A stretch of DNA of 64,000 bases, taken from Octopus vulgaris (lineage: Eukaryota). Below, piece after piece: positions 13,656 to 27,375 of the stretch (position 1 is its first letter; each line of letters starts with the position of its first letter). The notes under the pieces were generated by a model that searched no databases, had not been told where the DNA came from, and worked only from the letters and a program-made list of their open reading frames with translations. The translations under genes and the position numbers were made by a program. The DNA lies in the NCBI GenBank assembly GCA_951406725.2, contig OX597814.1, positions 189,100,001 through 189,164,000 of the forward strand. Direction: 5' to 3'.

Positions 13656-14093
13656 GGATCTTTTCGGTTTGAACGGCAGTTTTTAACATAATTTCTAGGT
13701 AACTAAAAAAATTTTAAACTTCGTATACTGGTAGAATGTGTTTATAAAACATCTTTTTCTCTTGGCTTTAATAAGAAAATTCTATAGTTTGTAAGATATT
13801 TGTTGTTGTTTTTCTTCAATTTCTGCAAGTTCAACCAATCAGTGACGTCTATTGAGCTAAAAATCATTCTGTGCCGTATGAATATGTCCCTCGTTTAAGA
13901 AACAGATTGGGTTTATTTACATTTCTGAAGAAAAAAATATACCCTTCCCCTCACCCCTAACCCTAACTAACCCTAACTAACCCTAACCCTAAAACAGATT
14001 GAAATGCAATAGATCGATGCTAGGGTCATAATTATGGTTGACAATTTCATATGACACCGCTAGAAAAAACTGCCGTTCAAACCGAAACGATCC
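13656..14093. mobile_element. MITE (438 bp) with 30-bp TIRs and 8-bp TSD, Merlin- or hAT-type
   Basis: TIR ggatc(t/g)tttcggtttgaacggcagtttttt at both ends (1 mismatch); TSD aatattgg at 13648-13655 and 14094-14101; internal (CCCTAA)-like array 13955-13992. Confidence 0.9.
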
Positions 14094-14598
14094 AATATTG
14101 GATATTAGCAATGAAACCTCATCCTTATTGCGATAATTTGTACTTTATATACAAACTGTGTACTTCATAGTTTGTATATAAACTATAAATTCTCACAGTA
14201 AAGATGAATTTCCATTGCTAATATTCACAGATTCTCACTCGATACAAGGCATTAGCAATGATTTTTAAAAGTTTTGTAAACATATTTCAAGAATTCACTA
14301 CACGAAACATAAAGATTAATATCTCTTCGAAATAATTTTGGTCGGTTCGAATCTAACTACGATCAGTTAATTTCACATTTTTGGGTTCCTAACTTAGAAT
14401 TGGGAACACAATTTAGATAATTTCCCTTCAACACGTTTATTTTTACAATGGGTGCAGACATCACTATGTGCCGAAGGAGCCATTTCGCGAACACTGGATT
14501 CCGGGTTCTATATTACTATGTAGCACACATAGCTTCTATGAAAGCCATGGACAAAATCAGGTGAAAAGTTTGGTAGACAGAACTGTTCACAAGCTTCA

Positions 14599-14631
<33 letters not shown>

Positions 14632-15021
14632 GTGTGCGCGCGTTTGCGTGTGAGTGCTTGTGTGTCTATGCATATGTGTGTCCGGGGGGGAGTGTGTACG
14701 TGTCTGTGTGTGTATGCGTGAATGTATGTTTGAATGCATGCTTGTATGTGTATGTGTGTACATGTGTGTGTGTAATGACTAGAGATGGCTGAAGCAGTCC
14801 ATCGACAAAATACTTCATGTAATTTCGTTCTGCCTCTGTTATTTCTTTGAACGCTCACAGGCATTGCCATGTGTCCTTTACGGAATCAATAATCATGTAC
14901 CGTCCTATATACTGGGTTTATAAAAATCAAATAAAATTCTTGAAAGCATCACTACAGCAGCTACAATCCAATGATGACACCAGTAACACACAATCAAGGA
15001 TATCAAAAATATATAACCCAT

Positions 15022-15235
15022 TTACTTTTCTCTTTTACTTGTTTCAGTCATTTGACTGTGGTCATGCTGGACCATCGCCTTTAGTCGAGCAAATCGACCC
15101 CAGGACTTATTCTTTGGAAGCCTAGTACTTATTCTATCGATCCCTTTTGCCGAACCACTATGTGACGGGAGCGTAAACACACCAGTATCGGTTGTCAAGC
15201 GATGTTGGGGGGGGGGGACAAACACAGACACACAT

Positions 15236-15282
<47 letters not shown>

Positions 15283-15445
15283 CGACGGGCTTCTTTCAGT
15301 TTCCGTCTACCAAATCCACTCACAAGGATTTGGTCGACCCGAGGCTATAGTAGAAGACACTTGCCCAATTTTCCACACAGTGGCAATGAACCCGGAACCA
15401 TGTGGTTGGTAAGCAAGCTACTTACCACACAACCACTCCTACGCC
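15022..15445 (-). mobile_element. SINE family B
   Basis: Full-length reverse-complement copy with internal (CA)n(TA)n. Confidence 0.9.
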
Positions 15446-16689
15446 TTAATAAAATAAATTAGGAATAGATTTTGCTCAACAGAATATATTATTGGACTTT
15501 ATTATTTCTTTACACAAATTTGATTTTCTTTCAAAATATTCTGCTCTCTTGAAACTGAATTTGTTTTTCTTGCAAAGAATGTGGTTTTATCTATTATCCC
15601 TTTAATAATATTAAATGAAATTCCTATTGTCATACATTAATCAGAATTTTAAAATCAAAATTGTGGATCTTATCTTTGCCACGATACGTTGAGGTTGAAT
15701 ATGATAGGCATTCCTATACCATTCCTTTACCATCAAATGTGAATAAGCGTCAAAAGAAATATCTTGGAAGCTAACCTAATTTATGTTCAAAGATTTCAAT
15801 TGTATACTTCAAGAAAATAGAAGATAAACTTCAAATTTGTTTGGATTTATTAAACTTTAATCCTTGTCTTACCCAAAATACACTCTATTTTAAGTAGTTA
15901 CCATAAATTATTGATAAAATCTACAGTATATCGACTGACCATCGGAAAAAAATAAATGGCTAATGTTGTTGAACGCCTTATTTTCTTTTATAAGAAACAC
16001 GTCACTTCAAGTAGAAAAATTTTAACATAGACAACATTTTTATTCCCCGGCAGCACTGAAAAGTTAAATGACAGATTTATCAAATCTTTAAGACAGCTGT
16101 CACTCGTCTTTGACTTCTAAGCACATTAAATTTTGTCACGCGTTTCACAGCACATATAAACTACATTCTTCATATTCTGAACTCACAAGTAAATTATATT
16201 ACATAGAAACGTAGAATTAAGTATACTCTATAAGGATATGATTGTTATTATTTACCAGTTAGAATATACAATTAGTAGTCATACACAAATTTTGCCAGAG
16301 TGGGCGCTACAAGAAAATTTGAAAGGGTAAATCGAAAATATTTAGTAAATTCACTGAGTGAAGCTTTAAAGTACAAAGGTCGTCCCGAACGTAATGCAAA
16401 ATCGGGTGAAACAGTTTTATATCTATTTCAAATTGTACGTGTTGGTTTCAAATTTTGGCACAAGGCCAGCAGGTTTTTGGTGTTCAACTGGTTCTTATTT
16501 TATCGACCCCGAAAGGATAAAAGGCAAAGTCGACCTCGGCGGAGTTTGAACTTAGAATGTAAAGACTGACGAAATGCTGCAAAGCATTTTGAACGAAGTT
16601 CTAACGATTCTGCCAGTTCACCGCCTTTCAAATTATACGTGTTGGTAGAGTAATTCTTCGTCCTGCTTTTCATTACACGCAAATAATGG

Positions 16690-18090
16690 GTTCCCTGAAG
16701 AAACAACTTGTCGTGATTGATATGAATTCAGGCCCTCCGACATCTACAGAAAGTTACAGTTTATTTACGGTACAACACCTTTGACAAAAGTAATGTAAAC
16801 AAATGTATAAAGATGTTTAGAAACGTTGTAATCATCACTGAAGTAAAACTTTTTTTTAGAAGCACTCCGTCGGTTACGACGATGAGGGTTCCGGTTGATC
16901 CGAATCAACGGAACAGCCTGCTCGTGAAATTAACGTGTAAGTGGCTGAGCACTCCACAGACACGTGCACCCTTAACCTAGTTCTCGGGGATATTCAGCGT
17001 GACACATAGAGTGACAAGGCCGGCCCCTTGAAATACAGGTACAACAGAAACAGGAAGTAAGAGTGAGAGAAAGTTGTGGTGAAAGAGTACAGCAGGGATC
17101 ACCACCATCCCCTGCCGGAGCCTCGTGGAGCTTTTTTTTTAGGTGTTTTCGCTCAATAAACACTCGCAACGCCCGGTCTGGGAATCGAAACCGCGATCCT
17201 ATGACCGCGATCCTATGACCGCGAGTCCGCTTCCCTAACCACTGGGCCATTGCGCTTCCACGAAGTAAAACTAGACAATAGGAAATAATCAACTGCAAAC
17301 ATTGACATGAATCATTCGTGAGTTGACTAATTCATTTTCACGGACAGACGAGATGAAATCCGTGCGATTGTTGAACAGCTGAACGATGAGCTCAGTGCAT
17401 TATATGACGATAGAATACATTGGAAAAGCGTGTGTAAAGTGAGCACGTTAGAAGCTGACACCCGATTTGTTGGGTGGAAAGGTTGATGTCTATTTGACTA
17501 GATGGAAGCGTTTGAAACTAATGAAGATACACTTTTACCGATCTTGGGGCAGAGGATGGAAATTGGTCGTATCTTTATGATCCAGAAATAAAGGTTCAAT
17601 TCACGAAACGGTGTCATGCCTCTTCTCAAAATCCTAAGAAAATTACGAGTCAACATTCGGCATAGAAACTCATGACGACCGTTTCGGAGGCCAAGGAGAG
17701 TGTAATTCTCCTTGACTTTCTAGAACGTGGCTTCACAGTGACTAGCGAGCGAAATAATGAAACAGCCAAGAAGCTTGGTGAAACTATTACGAGAAAACAA
17801 AACGAATTAAGAACTTGAAAATGATCCATATTCACCCTGACAATATTTTTGGCAACAAATCAGGAACGGCAAAGAAGGCCAGTCATTGTTTCTCCTTTCA
17901 TCGTTCAAGAAAGATCTGGTTACCACAGATGTTCACATGCGGGACAAGTTTTCAGAAAGAACATCTTGATGATACGGACAACGTGAATTTGGGCACGACA
18001 GTGCACGAATGAACGTTTTTAAAGAGGATACGGGATTTGGGTTTAACGATGGCACCAAAGCATTGTTGGCAATAGAAACTGTGTTTTCTA
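16690..18090 (+). pseudogene. Mariner transposase remnant
   Basis: Broken frames give PSDIYRKLQFIYG, DKSNVNK, EDGNWSYLYDPEIK..KKITSQHSA*KLMTTV..VILLDFLERGFTVTSE..KKL, IHIHPDN, KDLVTTDVHM, RWHQSIVGNRNCV, collinear with mariner GDETW.Y.PE, KVMLTVFWD, HDNA, SPDLAPSDF and RW.KC motifs; many stops and frameshifts. Confidence 0.8.
16851..17261 (-). mobile_element. SINE family C variant (same head, different 3' module)
   Basis: Head matches family C up to cttcctgtttct, then an unrelated ~180-nt body; 11-bp TSD gaagtaaaact at 16840-16850 and 17262-17272. Confidence 0.9.
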
Positions 18091-19539
18091 GTATTTTCGT
18101 TTAGAGGAATGGGAAACTTACTAACGTGTGCATTCTAAGGGACTTATGTCAGTCAATGAAAAAGTTATGTCAACATATGTATTACTTTCGGAACAACCTT
18201 GTACTATAAGACATACAAATGCTAACAAGAAATATATATACACTAGATGTATATATGAATGTTCATATGAGTGTGTGTGCGTGTGTGTGTATGCGTTCAT
18301 GTGTAATGTATATGTATGTCAGTGTATCTGTGTGTATGTGTGTTTGAGAGAGAGAGAGAGAGAAAATATAAAACTATATATATGTGATATACAGAAAAAG
18401 TGTCTCTTCTTTTTAATGTCTAAAATTTTTCTGTCTCTCAATAGGAGTAATTTATTTACGAATTTAAAGTTATCGTAAAACGATGAAAGGAACTGGGATA
18501 AAATCAGCTAAATTTGCTTAAATACTGTACCCCTAGTGACTGAAATAAGGAAGTGTAGAGTGAATAATTTAGTCCTAAACATGCCACTAAATAAGGGCCA
18601 AACACAGTTGTGATATTTTTGAACAATGATATACAAGATCACGACATGTCAAATTTCTCTAAACAACAACTAACAGTAAGAAAATGGTTAATATACATAG
18701 TTAATAAGGATCTCATAAGTAACCAAATTATTACTAGATTTTCTTACACACACACACACACAAACATACACAGACACACACAGACACACACACAAATGCA
18801 CTCTCGCTCTTACACACACATATTATTATATTATGATATTCATAATTATGGCGTCACTGAGTTGTCAAGTATAGCGATTTCTTTTCAAACTAAAAAGGAG
18901 ATATTTATCAATCAATGTTAATGAGAACATTCCAAAACTGTTGCATTTAATGAGAATTCTACAAATATACAATGCTGTGTGAGTTTTATTCTTTAGTTTT
19001 GATCTTTGTGTTTATACATTAGAGCGTATCATAAAATATCATAATATGCTAAAAGCAAATAATTTGGGATGCGTACTATCTGCATTGAAGACAATAATCA
19101 ACTTAACATATGTAATACCGTGATCGTTATAAAATGCTAATTGAAATAAGCTGCCGATTCAGTAAGGACGGTATTCTACTGATATCATGTGCAGAATTTT
19201 CATGGTGACAATTATTAGCGGCACTTTTTGCGGCTCCTTCTGTTCTGAGCTCAAATACTATCATAATCAAGTTCACTTTTTTATCATTTCGGGGTCGGTA
19301 AAATAAAGTATCAGTGAAGTACTGGAGTGGATGCTATAGGTAAACTTTCCGCTGACAATTGCTGGCCTTGTGCGAAAATGAGAAAGGATAATTTTTCTCG
19401 CAAGCATGGAGACAAAGTTAAAAATTTGTTCCGTTTATTGGTTTCCGAAGCCAATCATAGAACCCATCATATTTGGAAAAGTCACATTCTTTGTGTGTGT
19501 ATGTAGGACGAGAAGAAAAAGTAGAAAACTTACTCTATT

Positions 19540-19787
19540 TCCATTATTTACATTATTTACATTTGACGATATTTGTCCTCATCTTGTTTGTTGTTAACAC
19601 AAGGTTTCGGCTGATATACCCTCTAGCTTTCATCAGGTGTCTTAGGAAAATTTCGAACATAGGTTCTCATTCCTAAGGTATGTTTCGATGTTGTTGTCGT
19701 TATTATCATCATCATTATTATTATTATTATTATTATTCAGTTCGCTGCCTAGAATCGAACTCAGAATCTTGGGGTTAGTAGCCCACG

Positions 19788-19790
<3 letters not shown>
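19540..19790 (-). mobile_element. Element E copy (tRNA-like head, (TAA)n, hammerhead motif, (TGTAAATAA)n tail)
   Basis: Reverse complement: gagcgtgggctactaaccccaagattctgagttcgattc...(taa)n...gacac-CTGATGA-aagctag..cagcc-GAAAC-ctt-gtgtt; homologous to 30047-30415. Confidence 0.85.
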
Positions 19791-19843
<53 letters not shown>

Positions 19844-20356
19844 TAGATAGATAGATAGATAGATATATAATTCGTTACTACTTGTCATATTAATAATAAT
19901 GATAGCATTCATCTCCAGAAACTACAAGCTGCATTTGACCATCATGCGTTGTAGATGTAAAATTCGAACCTTACTTTTATATGAGTATCCTCATCAACTC
20001 CAGTTGAGATAGCTTTCATAAAATCTAAACTAGATTGATTTAAGCCGTTTTTGAAAAATACGAAGTCGTTATAATAAATTCCTTAATGATTTCTTCTCTC
20101 ACTTATTACCACCTTGAACGACCTTCATCTTTTCTTAATTATTACCCCAAATATGTCCTTCAAAATTTACTTCCCCTTTCCCCTGTTCTCGAAAATATTG
20201 TTTCCATATTTATAAAGACCCTCCAAAATATATTTCGATTTCCCCTCAAACAGTACAAAATATTTTAACCTTTTATTCTTGATTATATCCTTATAGTTTC
20301 TCTCGTTTGTTACCTCCGCTACTTATATTTATTTTAAACCCAGTATATATCGATTT

Positions 20357-20843
20357 GGAGCGCAATGGCCCAGTGATTAGGGCAGCAGACTCGCGGTCGG
20401 AGGATCGCGGTTTCGATTCCCAGACCGGGCGTTGTGTGTGTTTATTGAGCGAAAACACCTAAAATCTGCACAAGGCTCCGGCAGGGGGTGGTGGCGACCC
20501 CTGTTGTACTCCTTCGTCACAACTTTCTCTCACTTTCTCTTCCTGTTTCTTGAGTAACGCTGCGATGGATTGGCGTCCCACCCAGCTGGGGCGGTGGGGT
20601 GGGGGCACATACGCCACAGAAACCGGGAAGCCGGGCCCATGAGCCTGGCTAGGCTTGAAAAGGGCGAAAAAAATCATTTTATATTATTGGTTAAGTGGTT
20701 ATTCTAGGATTTTATAAGCTTTACATTTTATATTTTATTACTTGGATATACTACCGGTTAGACATTTACCGGTTAGAAATCAATCGCACACATGAGCTTG
20801 GCCTATGAGCTTGGCTAGGTTTGAAAAGGGCGGCGTTTTTTTT
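20357..20843 (+). mobile_element. SINE family C carrying a captured segment and a second tail
   Basis: 13-bp TSD tatatatcgattt at 20344-20356 and 20844-20856; 20675-20792 is the reverse complement of 12539-12656. Confidence 0.9.
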
Positions 20844-21352
20844 TATATATCGATTTATATTGTGTATTTCTTAAATATAAAACAACCTTTACACGGGGCA
20901 GAAAATATTTCGACTTTACAGAAAAGGAAAAGCAATGTTATAGAAATCTTGGTCTTCCAAGTATATTCCTCAAGAAACTTAAATGAGTATCTAAATCGTG
21001 TCGCAGAATCGATTAGTTTTTTTTCTTTCTCTAGATCGCCCAACGCTCCCGATAATTAATATTGATTGCATAACTCAATACTAAACTAATATTGTTTTAA
21101 AAAGTTCATCTAAATATTAATTGAATCTTACTTTTTAATTAATAAGTTAAGCAAATACTTTAAAGGGATATTTAATATTTAAAGCACAGAAAAATTGAAT
21201 ATGCTATAGTTGAGTACCTTTTCTGTTTGAAGTAATGTAATTAAAGTATCAAATTTGCTTAATTTGTTTCTTTCATTAAATGTTTCCTCCAAAAATATAT
21301 TCTACTTCGTTTTAAGTAGTGGCCATTCTTTGTTCATTCTGCATTAAAATAT

Positions 21353-21953
21353 CTATTTCTTTACTACCCACAAGGAGCTAAACAAAGAGGGGACAAACAA
21401 GGCAAGACAAACGGATTAAATCGATTACATCGACCCCAGTGCGCAACTGGTACTTAATTTATCGACCCCGAAAGAATGAAAGGCAAAGTCAACCTCGGCG
21501 GAATTTGAACTCAGAACGTAGCGGCAGACGAAATACTTATTTCTTTACTACCCACAAGGGGCTAAACACAGAGGGGACAAACAAGGACAGACAAACGGAT
21601 TAAGTCGATTACATCGACCCTAGTGCGTAACTGGTACTTAATTTACCGACCCCGGAAGGATGAAAGGCAAAGTCGACCTCGGCTGAATTTGAACTCAGAA
21701 CGTAGCGGCAGACGAAATACTTATTTCTTTACTACCCACAAGGGGCTAAACACAGAGAGGACAAACAAGGCAAGACAAACGGATTAAATCGATTATATCG
21801 ACCCCAGTGCGTAACTGGTACTTAATTTATCGACCCCGAAAGGATGAAAGGCAAAGTCAACCTCGGCGGAATTTGAACTCAGAATGTAACGGCAGACAAA
21901 ATACGGCTACACATTTCACCCGGCGCGCTAACGTTTCTGCCAGCTCGCCGCCT
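21353..21953 (-). mobile_element. SINE family A trimer (head + three 184-bp units)
   Basis: Units start 21354, 21538, 21722; one flanking TSD pair ttct(g/a)cattaaaatat. Confidence 0.92.
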
Positions 21954-24900
21954 TTCTACATTAAAATATATATTACTGGTTCAGTCACAGTTCATGTATG
22001 TTGTTGCTTCTCCTTATCTTGTGCCTTAAATCAGCTCTAACTGCATGCAAAACTATAAGATCCAAATACATTCCAGCCGTGGCCGAGGGGTCTGATTATG
22101 TTTAGTTAAACATAATTTATAAAGAAAGAAATATATCTCAATCATGCAGCAGTGTCTGATTTGATAGAGTTTTGGCTGCTATTTTTGAAATGCTGATCAA
22201 TTGTGCAATGACTCTGACTTTGGCCCGTATTATTTTATAGAGTTCTCAAAAGCATTACTATCTTTGTTGATTTTGTTTCACTCGCTGAAGTGTATACCCA
22301 AAGCTCTATGCACGAGAGAATGATATCGATTACAAAGCATTTGAACGTTTTTGTGTTTGCCTGTATTTTTTTAATATGCGATGTATTTCAGTTACGACTG
22401 TGGATTCTATATCTTTATAGCTCCCATCAGCTAAAAAATACTTAAGAAACGTAAATATTAGGAAACGTTTACAAATAAGGACGTAATAATGATGTTGTAC
22501 TTATATAGATACACTAAATAATCGTTTTGAGTTCAAATATAACTGGATTCACTCAAAAGCTTTAATCTCACCGCAATCAATAAAAACAAAAAAAACAATT
22601 TCTCACTCCTTCAATTTTCTTGTCGTTTTTACCAATGTAAGAAATATTATAGACGAAATAATTCATGGACCGTCTCTTTACGTAGCAATGTGTCTGGCAA
22701 TGTACTCAGCATTAAATTGATTGCTCTAAAGTTTTAAACCATAACATCAAAGTAAGGAAATATACATTCCGAGCATGTATATTAGATGCAGAGTAGTCCT
22801 ATATATTTAGTTTTTTATTCAGTCAGTTTTTATTTTTTTATTTTATTTTCTACTAAATTTAATGAACCATGGAACCATTATACAGCAACTTCATACTATT
22901 AAAGGATTTCTAATAAGCAAACAGATATATACATACATACATATATATATATATACACTTCACTATTTTTGTTTTCATGTAGTGATTTTAAGTTTCTCTA
23001 ATAAACACGTATTTTCACCTGCTTCACGAGCTATTAACTGCTAAATTGGTTAGAGTTGTTGGCAAAGTTTGAAAATAAATAACTCTCTTTACAACATGAA
23101 TACATAACACTAATGATTAAAACCACACGTTTTTAATATTAACAAACCGAAATTTGAATATAAATTATTAACAGGTCTACATAAGGAGGATGATCAAATG
23201 GTTTTTTTCCTCCTAATAGTTTTTCAATTAATTTTGTCTATTCTAGAAACAAATTATCGTCCATTAAACAAGAATACACATACTTTAGACGTAAATTCTA
23301 TAACTGTTTAATGACTATTAGTTTTAACCTTGTGGCCTATTGCCAATATCAGAAACCATTCTTTAGACTGTGTATGAGGAAAACAGGGCAGAAAACAATT
23401 TGTATAAGACAATAAAAACTATAATTTGCATCAAACTAATTTAGAGGGCTTCTATTTGTTGGAATGAATGTAAAGAATTTGGATTCTGTCAACAACAGAA
23501 ACACTTTGTGCTTGGCAAATACTCTTCAGTCTCGTACGATACTAGATTCAAATTCACTAATTAATTTGTATTACAGACCTGACATAGGATAATTTATAAT
23601 TATAATAATTTGGACATGTCAAAGTATTTCTTGACTACTCCGAAAACCTTTATTTAAAACGATTATATAAGAGCGAAACCAATGAAAGATTGTCACGACT
23701 TGTTTAAAGATAATTGCCCATTGCTTTATTTGAGAAACCGTGAAAAGCTTTCTTTTATATAATTAATGTTATGCATAGTGTTTGGCAATGTATTATAACG
23801 CTCGTCTATATACTAACGCATAACATTTCAAATAAACATCGTATCATTGCATTCGACTGAAGTTTAAATTGAGAACTTACATGTTGAATTTGATGCAAAT
23901 GTACGAAGAATAGAACGTCAGAAAAAATTCAGTTTGACTCCAATTGTAACAAAGAGAAAATAATACTATAAATAAATCGCCGAGATTTACTTTTGATCTG
24001 TGGTGAATAAGTCAGAAAAATCAAATGTAGAAACAACATGAATACGTTGAGATACTGCATACCCATTTTGCAGCAACACTCTGCTCAGCAAACGAAATTA
24101 AGACATCAAGAGGAAATAATTTGAAAGAAACACTAGGTCCCAAAGGATTAACTAATTGATATTCTTAGCTGTAAAGGAGAAAGATAACAGCCTCACAATA
24201 GAATCCCTAAAAGGAAGATACGTTGAAAAAACAGAAATTACGATTAAAGAAACGAACCAAGAAAATATAAATATTAATAAGTCGCATTGAAAGGATAAAT
24301 CTAACACGAGCGAAATAACAGAAGCAGAAACTGGCGTGAATTTTTAAATATAATAGAAATGAGATGCAAGAATGAAAACAATTCTAAGGATGGTAATTAT
24401 ACTTAAAGAGAAATCAATCTAAATGTGGGCATTAGTTAAAAATTAAAACCTATTGAGTATTTTAGTGTGAAGCAATAACAGCGACACCCAACGATAAATT
24501 GCAAGGACGAACTAGCAGCAACAATACAATAATGTGATCCTGTCATCGAAGTCTCTAAGAAAACAGATCCAAGCATCAACACTACACGACTAAACGAAAC
24601 AATGTATAAAACATCCTTAGTAATTACAAAAGTAGTTGCGTAGTAACTCAGATTTACTGATATAGATCTACTTCAAATCCCAAGCAATGAGCATGAATAA
24701 CTAACATACAAAAATGGTTTATCGATATTAAATAAAATCCATGCTAAAGGACAATTTTATAAAAGAGAAGATATTAGAATAGAAATTTATAAATTGACAA
24801 TAACAGGGTTCAAAATAGAAAACTTAAACTAATAGTTACTCGTTAAATGACAAATAATAACGCCGATTTCAAAGCAGCAACGTTAGTAAAAATGTTGTGT

Positions 24901-25199
24901 CGACGCCCCCAGACAATGAAGTAGACTAGCCCAATACGTAGATATAGTAGGAGAAGTCTAGACGTCAGGGAGTAGAACAGATCGGAGTCGAGTAGAGAGG
25001 CATCCGAACGTGTGACATAACAAAAAATGAATGCATGCATGTAACTAAGGTAGAAATATATGCAGGAAAAATTATGGTATATATCATATATTCGCTAAAA
25101 AATTTTTTAGAGAATATGTTAGCCCTCTTGCACAGAGTAATTAAGTTTCATTGACCGGATATTATTAAATATCCGGTTAATGAAGATTGACAGGATACT

Positions 25200-25470
25200 T
25201 AACAAAATCAAGGTTCGTGTGAATCAAAATTGTCAGTCTCACAGAGATGATATTGTATTCCTAAATGAATTGTGGAAATTAACTAAATATAAAGGTCTGG
25301 AAATAGAGATAGCCACAAATCATGTATACCAGCAGAAGAATCCCTACTGTAATAGATGCCTATAATGATATAGAATATGCAAATAAATACATAGAATATA
25401 ATGAGACTTACACAATGTGCAGAAAATAGCATTACCTGGCACTGATGTTATTACATAAATTACTGAAAAT
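25200..25470 (+). pseudogene. Old Dong/R4 RLE-domain remnant
   Basis: DDIVFLNELWKLTKYKGLEIEIA..IPTVIDA..NVQKIALPGT resembles the R4/Dong KLSKYKDLEIEI..IP.I.GA..IQKIALLGT region also seen at 3871-4065. Confidence 0.65.
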
Positions 25471-26948
25471 AAAACAGAAAACACAAAACCAAAACGAAAC
25501 ACTACACGTACCCATAGTACATAAATTTTCTTTGGTTTTGCAACGAAAGCAAACTAGAAATATAAGGCTTCTGAAAAATATTAATAATTTATTTATATTA
25601 TGAAAGTAATTATATCTCATCAATGAATTCATTCTGACGTGTTCGTATTTGTCTGTAAATATGTAACATTGACGTTTCATTCGAAGATTAATATTCCATT
25701 TTGCTTTGAAGGCAGATAGTAAAACCAAATCTAATCATATTGTTTGTCGGGTTACAGTTTTCAAATGTTTTATGGAAACTACTATAAATTCTTTTGTTTC
25801 AATTGAGCCTAACGCTTACGAATGTAAAATATCAATTATTTCATAGTTCATGAGCATGAACACTCATAGAACATCAACCTTCAGTAATCGGTGTCGGCAG
25901 CCTCCCTCTTGTTACAAACGCATATGAAAACGCACACATACACTCACACATAAATAAGTGTATCCGATATATATATATACTCACACATTCAGATACACAC
26001 ACACGTATATATACACACACATATACGCTATATAATAATTCATTCATTTATTTATATGGTATTCTGTATATCTTACTTAACATGGATATACTGTAGAAAA
26101 CTAGAAAACTGTGGTTTTTGTTTCGTATAGTCGTATATTGCTAAAAGGACACAGGTATATCAGTTATAGAGGAAAAGCATCCGATTATGACGGTAAAATT
26201 GCTAAGTCCAGATTTCTCCTACTCTGAGCACCACCAGAAGCAATTATCCTCTAGGATATACAAAAAAAAACTGATTATAAACCACTGGAGCCACAGGCTT
26301 GGTAACAAACACATGTTGTAATGGTTCTCCATTTTGTCTGCGGAAGATCGTCACTGACTGACATAAGTCGCCTAATCTCTAAAAGGAACTTTCGAGTCAT
26401 TGGTAGCAAAGAAGAAAATGAAATTTATTCGTAATTATTTAATAAGATATAAATTAAAATATGCAGTCTAACTTAGATTTAACAGAAATTTTCTAATACA
26501 CGCTGTTTGTGCATAAAAGTATTTATAAAGTATATAGTAAAATCTCCGATTAGTGGACGATATGCTTATTAACGTAGACGGGTTAAGGGAATTGACTTTT
26601 AATCTGAAGAGTGGACGACTATTTATGAAACATATCAAGTTTGGGTAATTTCCCGATTTTTCTCTGGGCGAAGAGAATAATAAGATCTATACACATTTGA
26701 TTGGTTTTATCGTATAGGGGTTACTCTTTGTAGCATGACTATATTAAATTTACCAAATATCCGCCTGTGTGTGTATGTGTATGAGTTGCTTGTGTAGGCG
26801 TGTTTGTGCGTATGTGTATAATGGTATCTACATTATTTTAAACAATTTTCTGTACACAAGTGCACGAATGGTATTTATGGCGAGATGATACTTGCTGCTT
26901 CGTAAACACATACTGAATATACCCATACTTATATACCCGTATATATAT

Positions 26949-27135
26949 GGAGAATTCACGAAAAAAAACAAAGACGACGAACAGGTGGTGTAGAAAACAA
27001 ACAGATGTATTATTATAACGCTCGGGAATTGAAAAAGTCTTTTACTTTTCGAGCATACGCTCTTCCACAGAAAGGAACACACAAAGAAACAAGGAGAGAA
27101 AAAATGTGTGTAGTGGCTACCGATCTATCATCGCG
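26949..27135 (-). mobile_element. Short (TA)n-flanked repeat family F with hammerhead-like motif
   Basis: Homologous to 52110-52291; minus strand cttt-CTGTGGA-a-gagc-gtat-gctc-GAAAA-GTA-aaag at 27039-27074. Confidence 0.7.
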
Positions 27136-27344
27136 ATATTTATATATATATATATACATATATATACAAAGTGTGTGTGTGGGGGGGTTAGTTCATCGGT
27201 GATCTAAACCATTGAATACGCTAGGTAAGTGCTGTAACGGATCACTGTGGCTCCAAGGTTATAGCCGAGACGGTATTTATGGACCCATTGCAGATTTCCA
27301 ATGCAGCGGATATATATATTTTTTATGCATATATACATATATAC

Positions 27345-27375
<31 letters not shown>

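Larger units (their letters stand above)
16372..18203 (+). mobile_element. Decayed full-length mariner DNA transposon with two nested SINEs
   Basis: Imperfect TIRs tacaaaggtcgtcccgaacgtaat / attactttcggaacaaccttgta with TA ends; about 1.25 kb after removing the SINEs at ~16445-16630 and 16851-17261. Confidence 0.8.

Noticed and set aside
13955-13992. True telomere or chromosome fusion scar
   Set aside because: Short, degenerate and enclosed within a MITE.
20357-20430. tRNA genes at SINE heads (also 30047-30100, 37570-37645)
   Set aside because: No complete cloverleaf or acceptor stem; each continues into a SINE body.
21807-22040. Recurrent MRNWYLIYRPRKDERQ ORFs as a gene family
   Set aside because: Antisense translation of SINE-A copies.
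23880-24840. A-rich, strand-skewed tract as a decayed LINE ORF1
   Set aside because: Composition is suggestive but I could not recover any recognisable protein motif.
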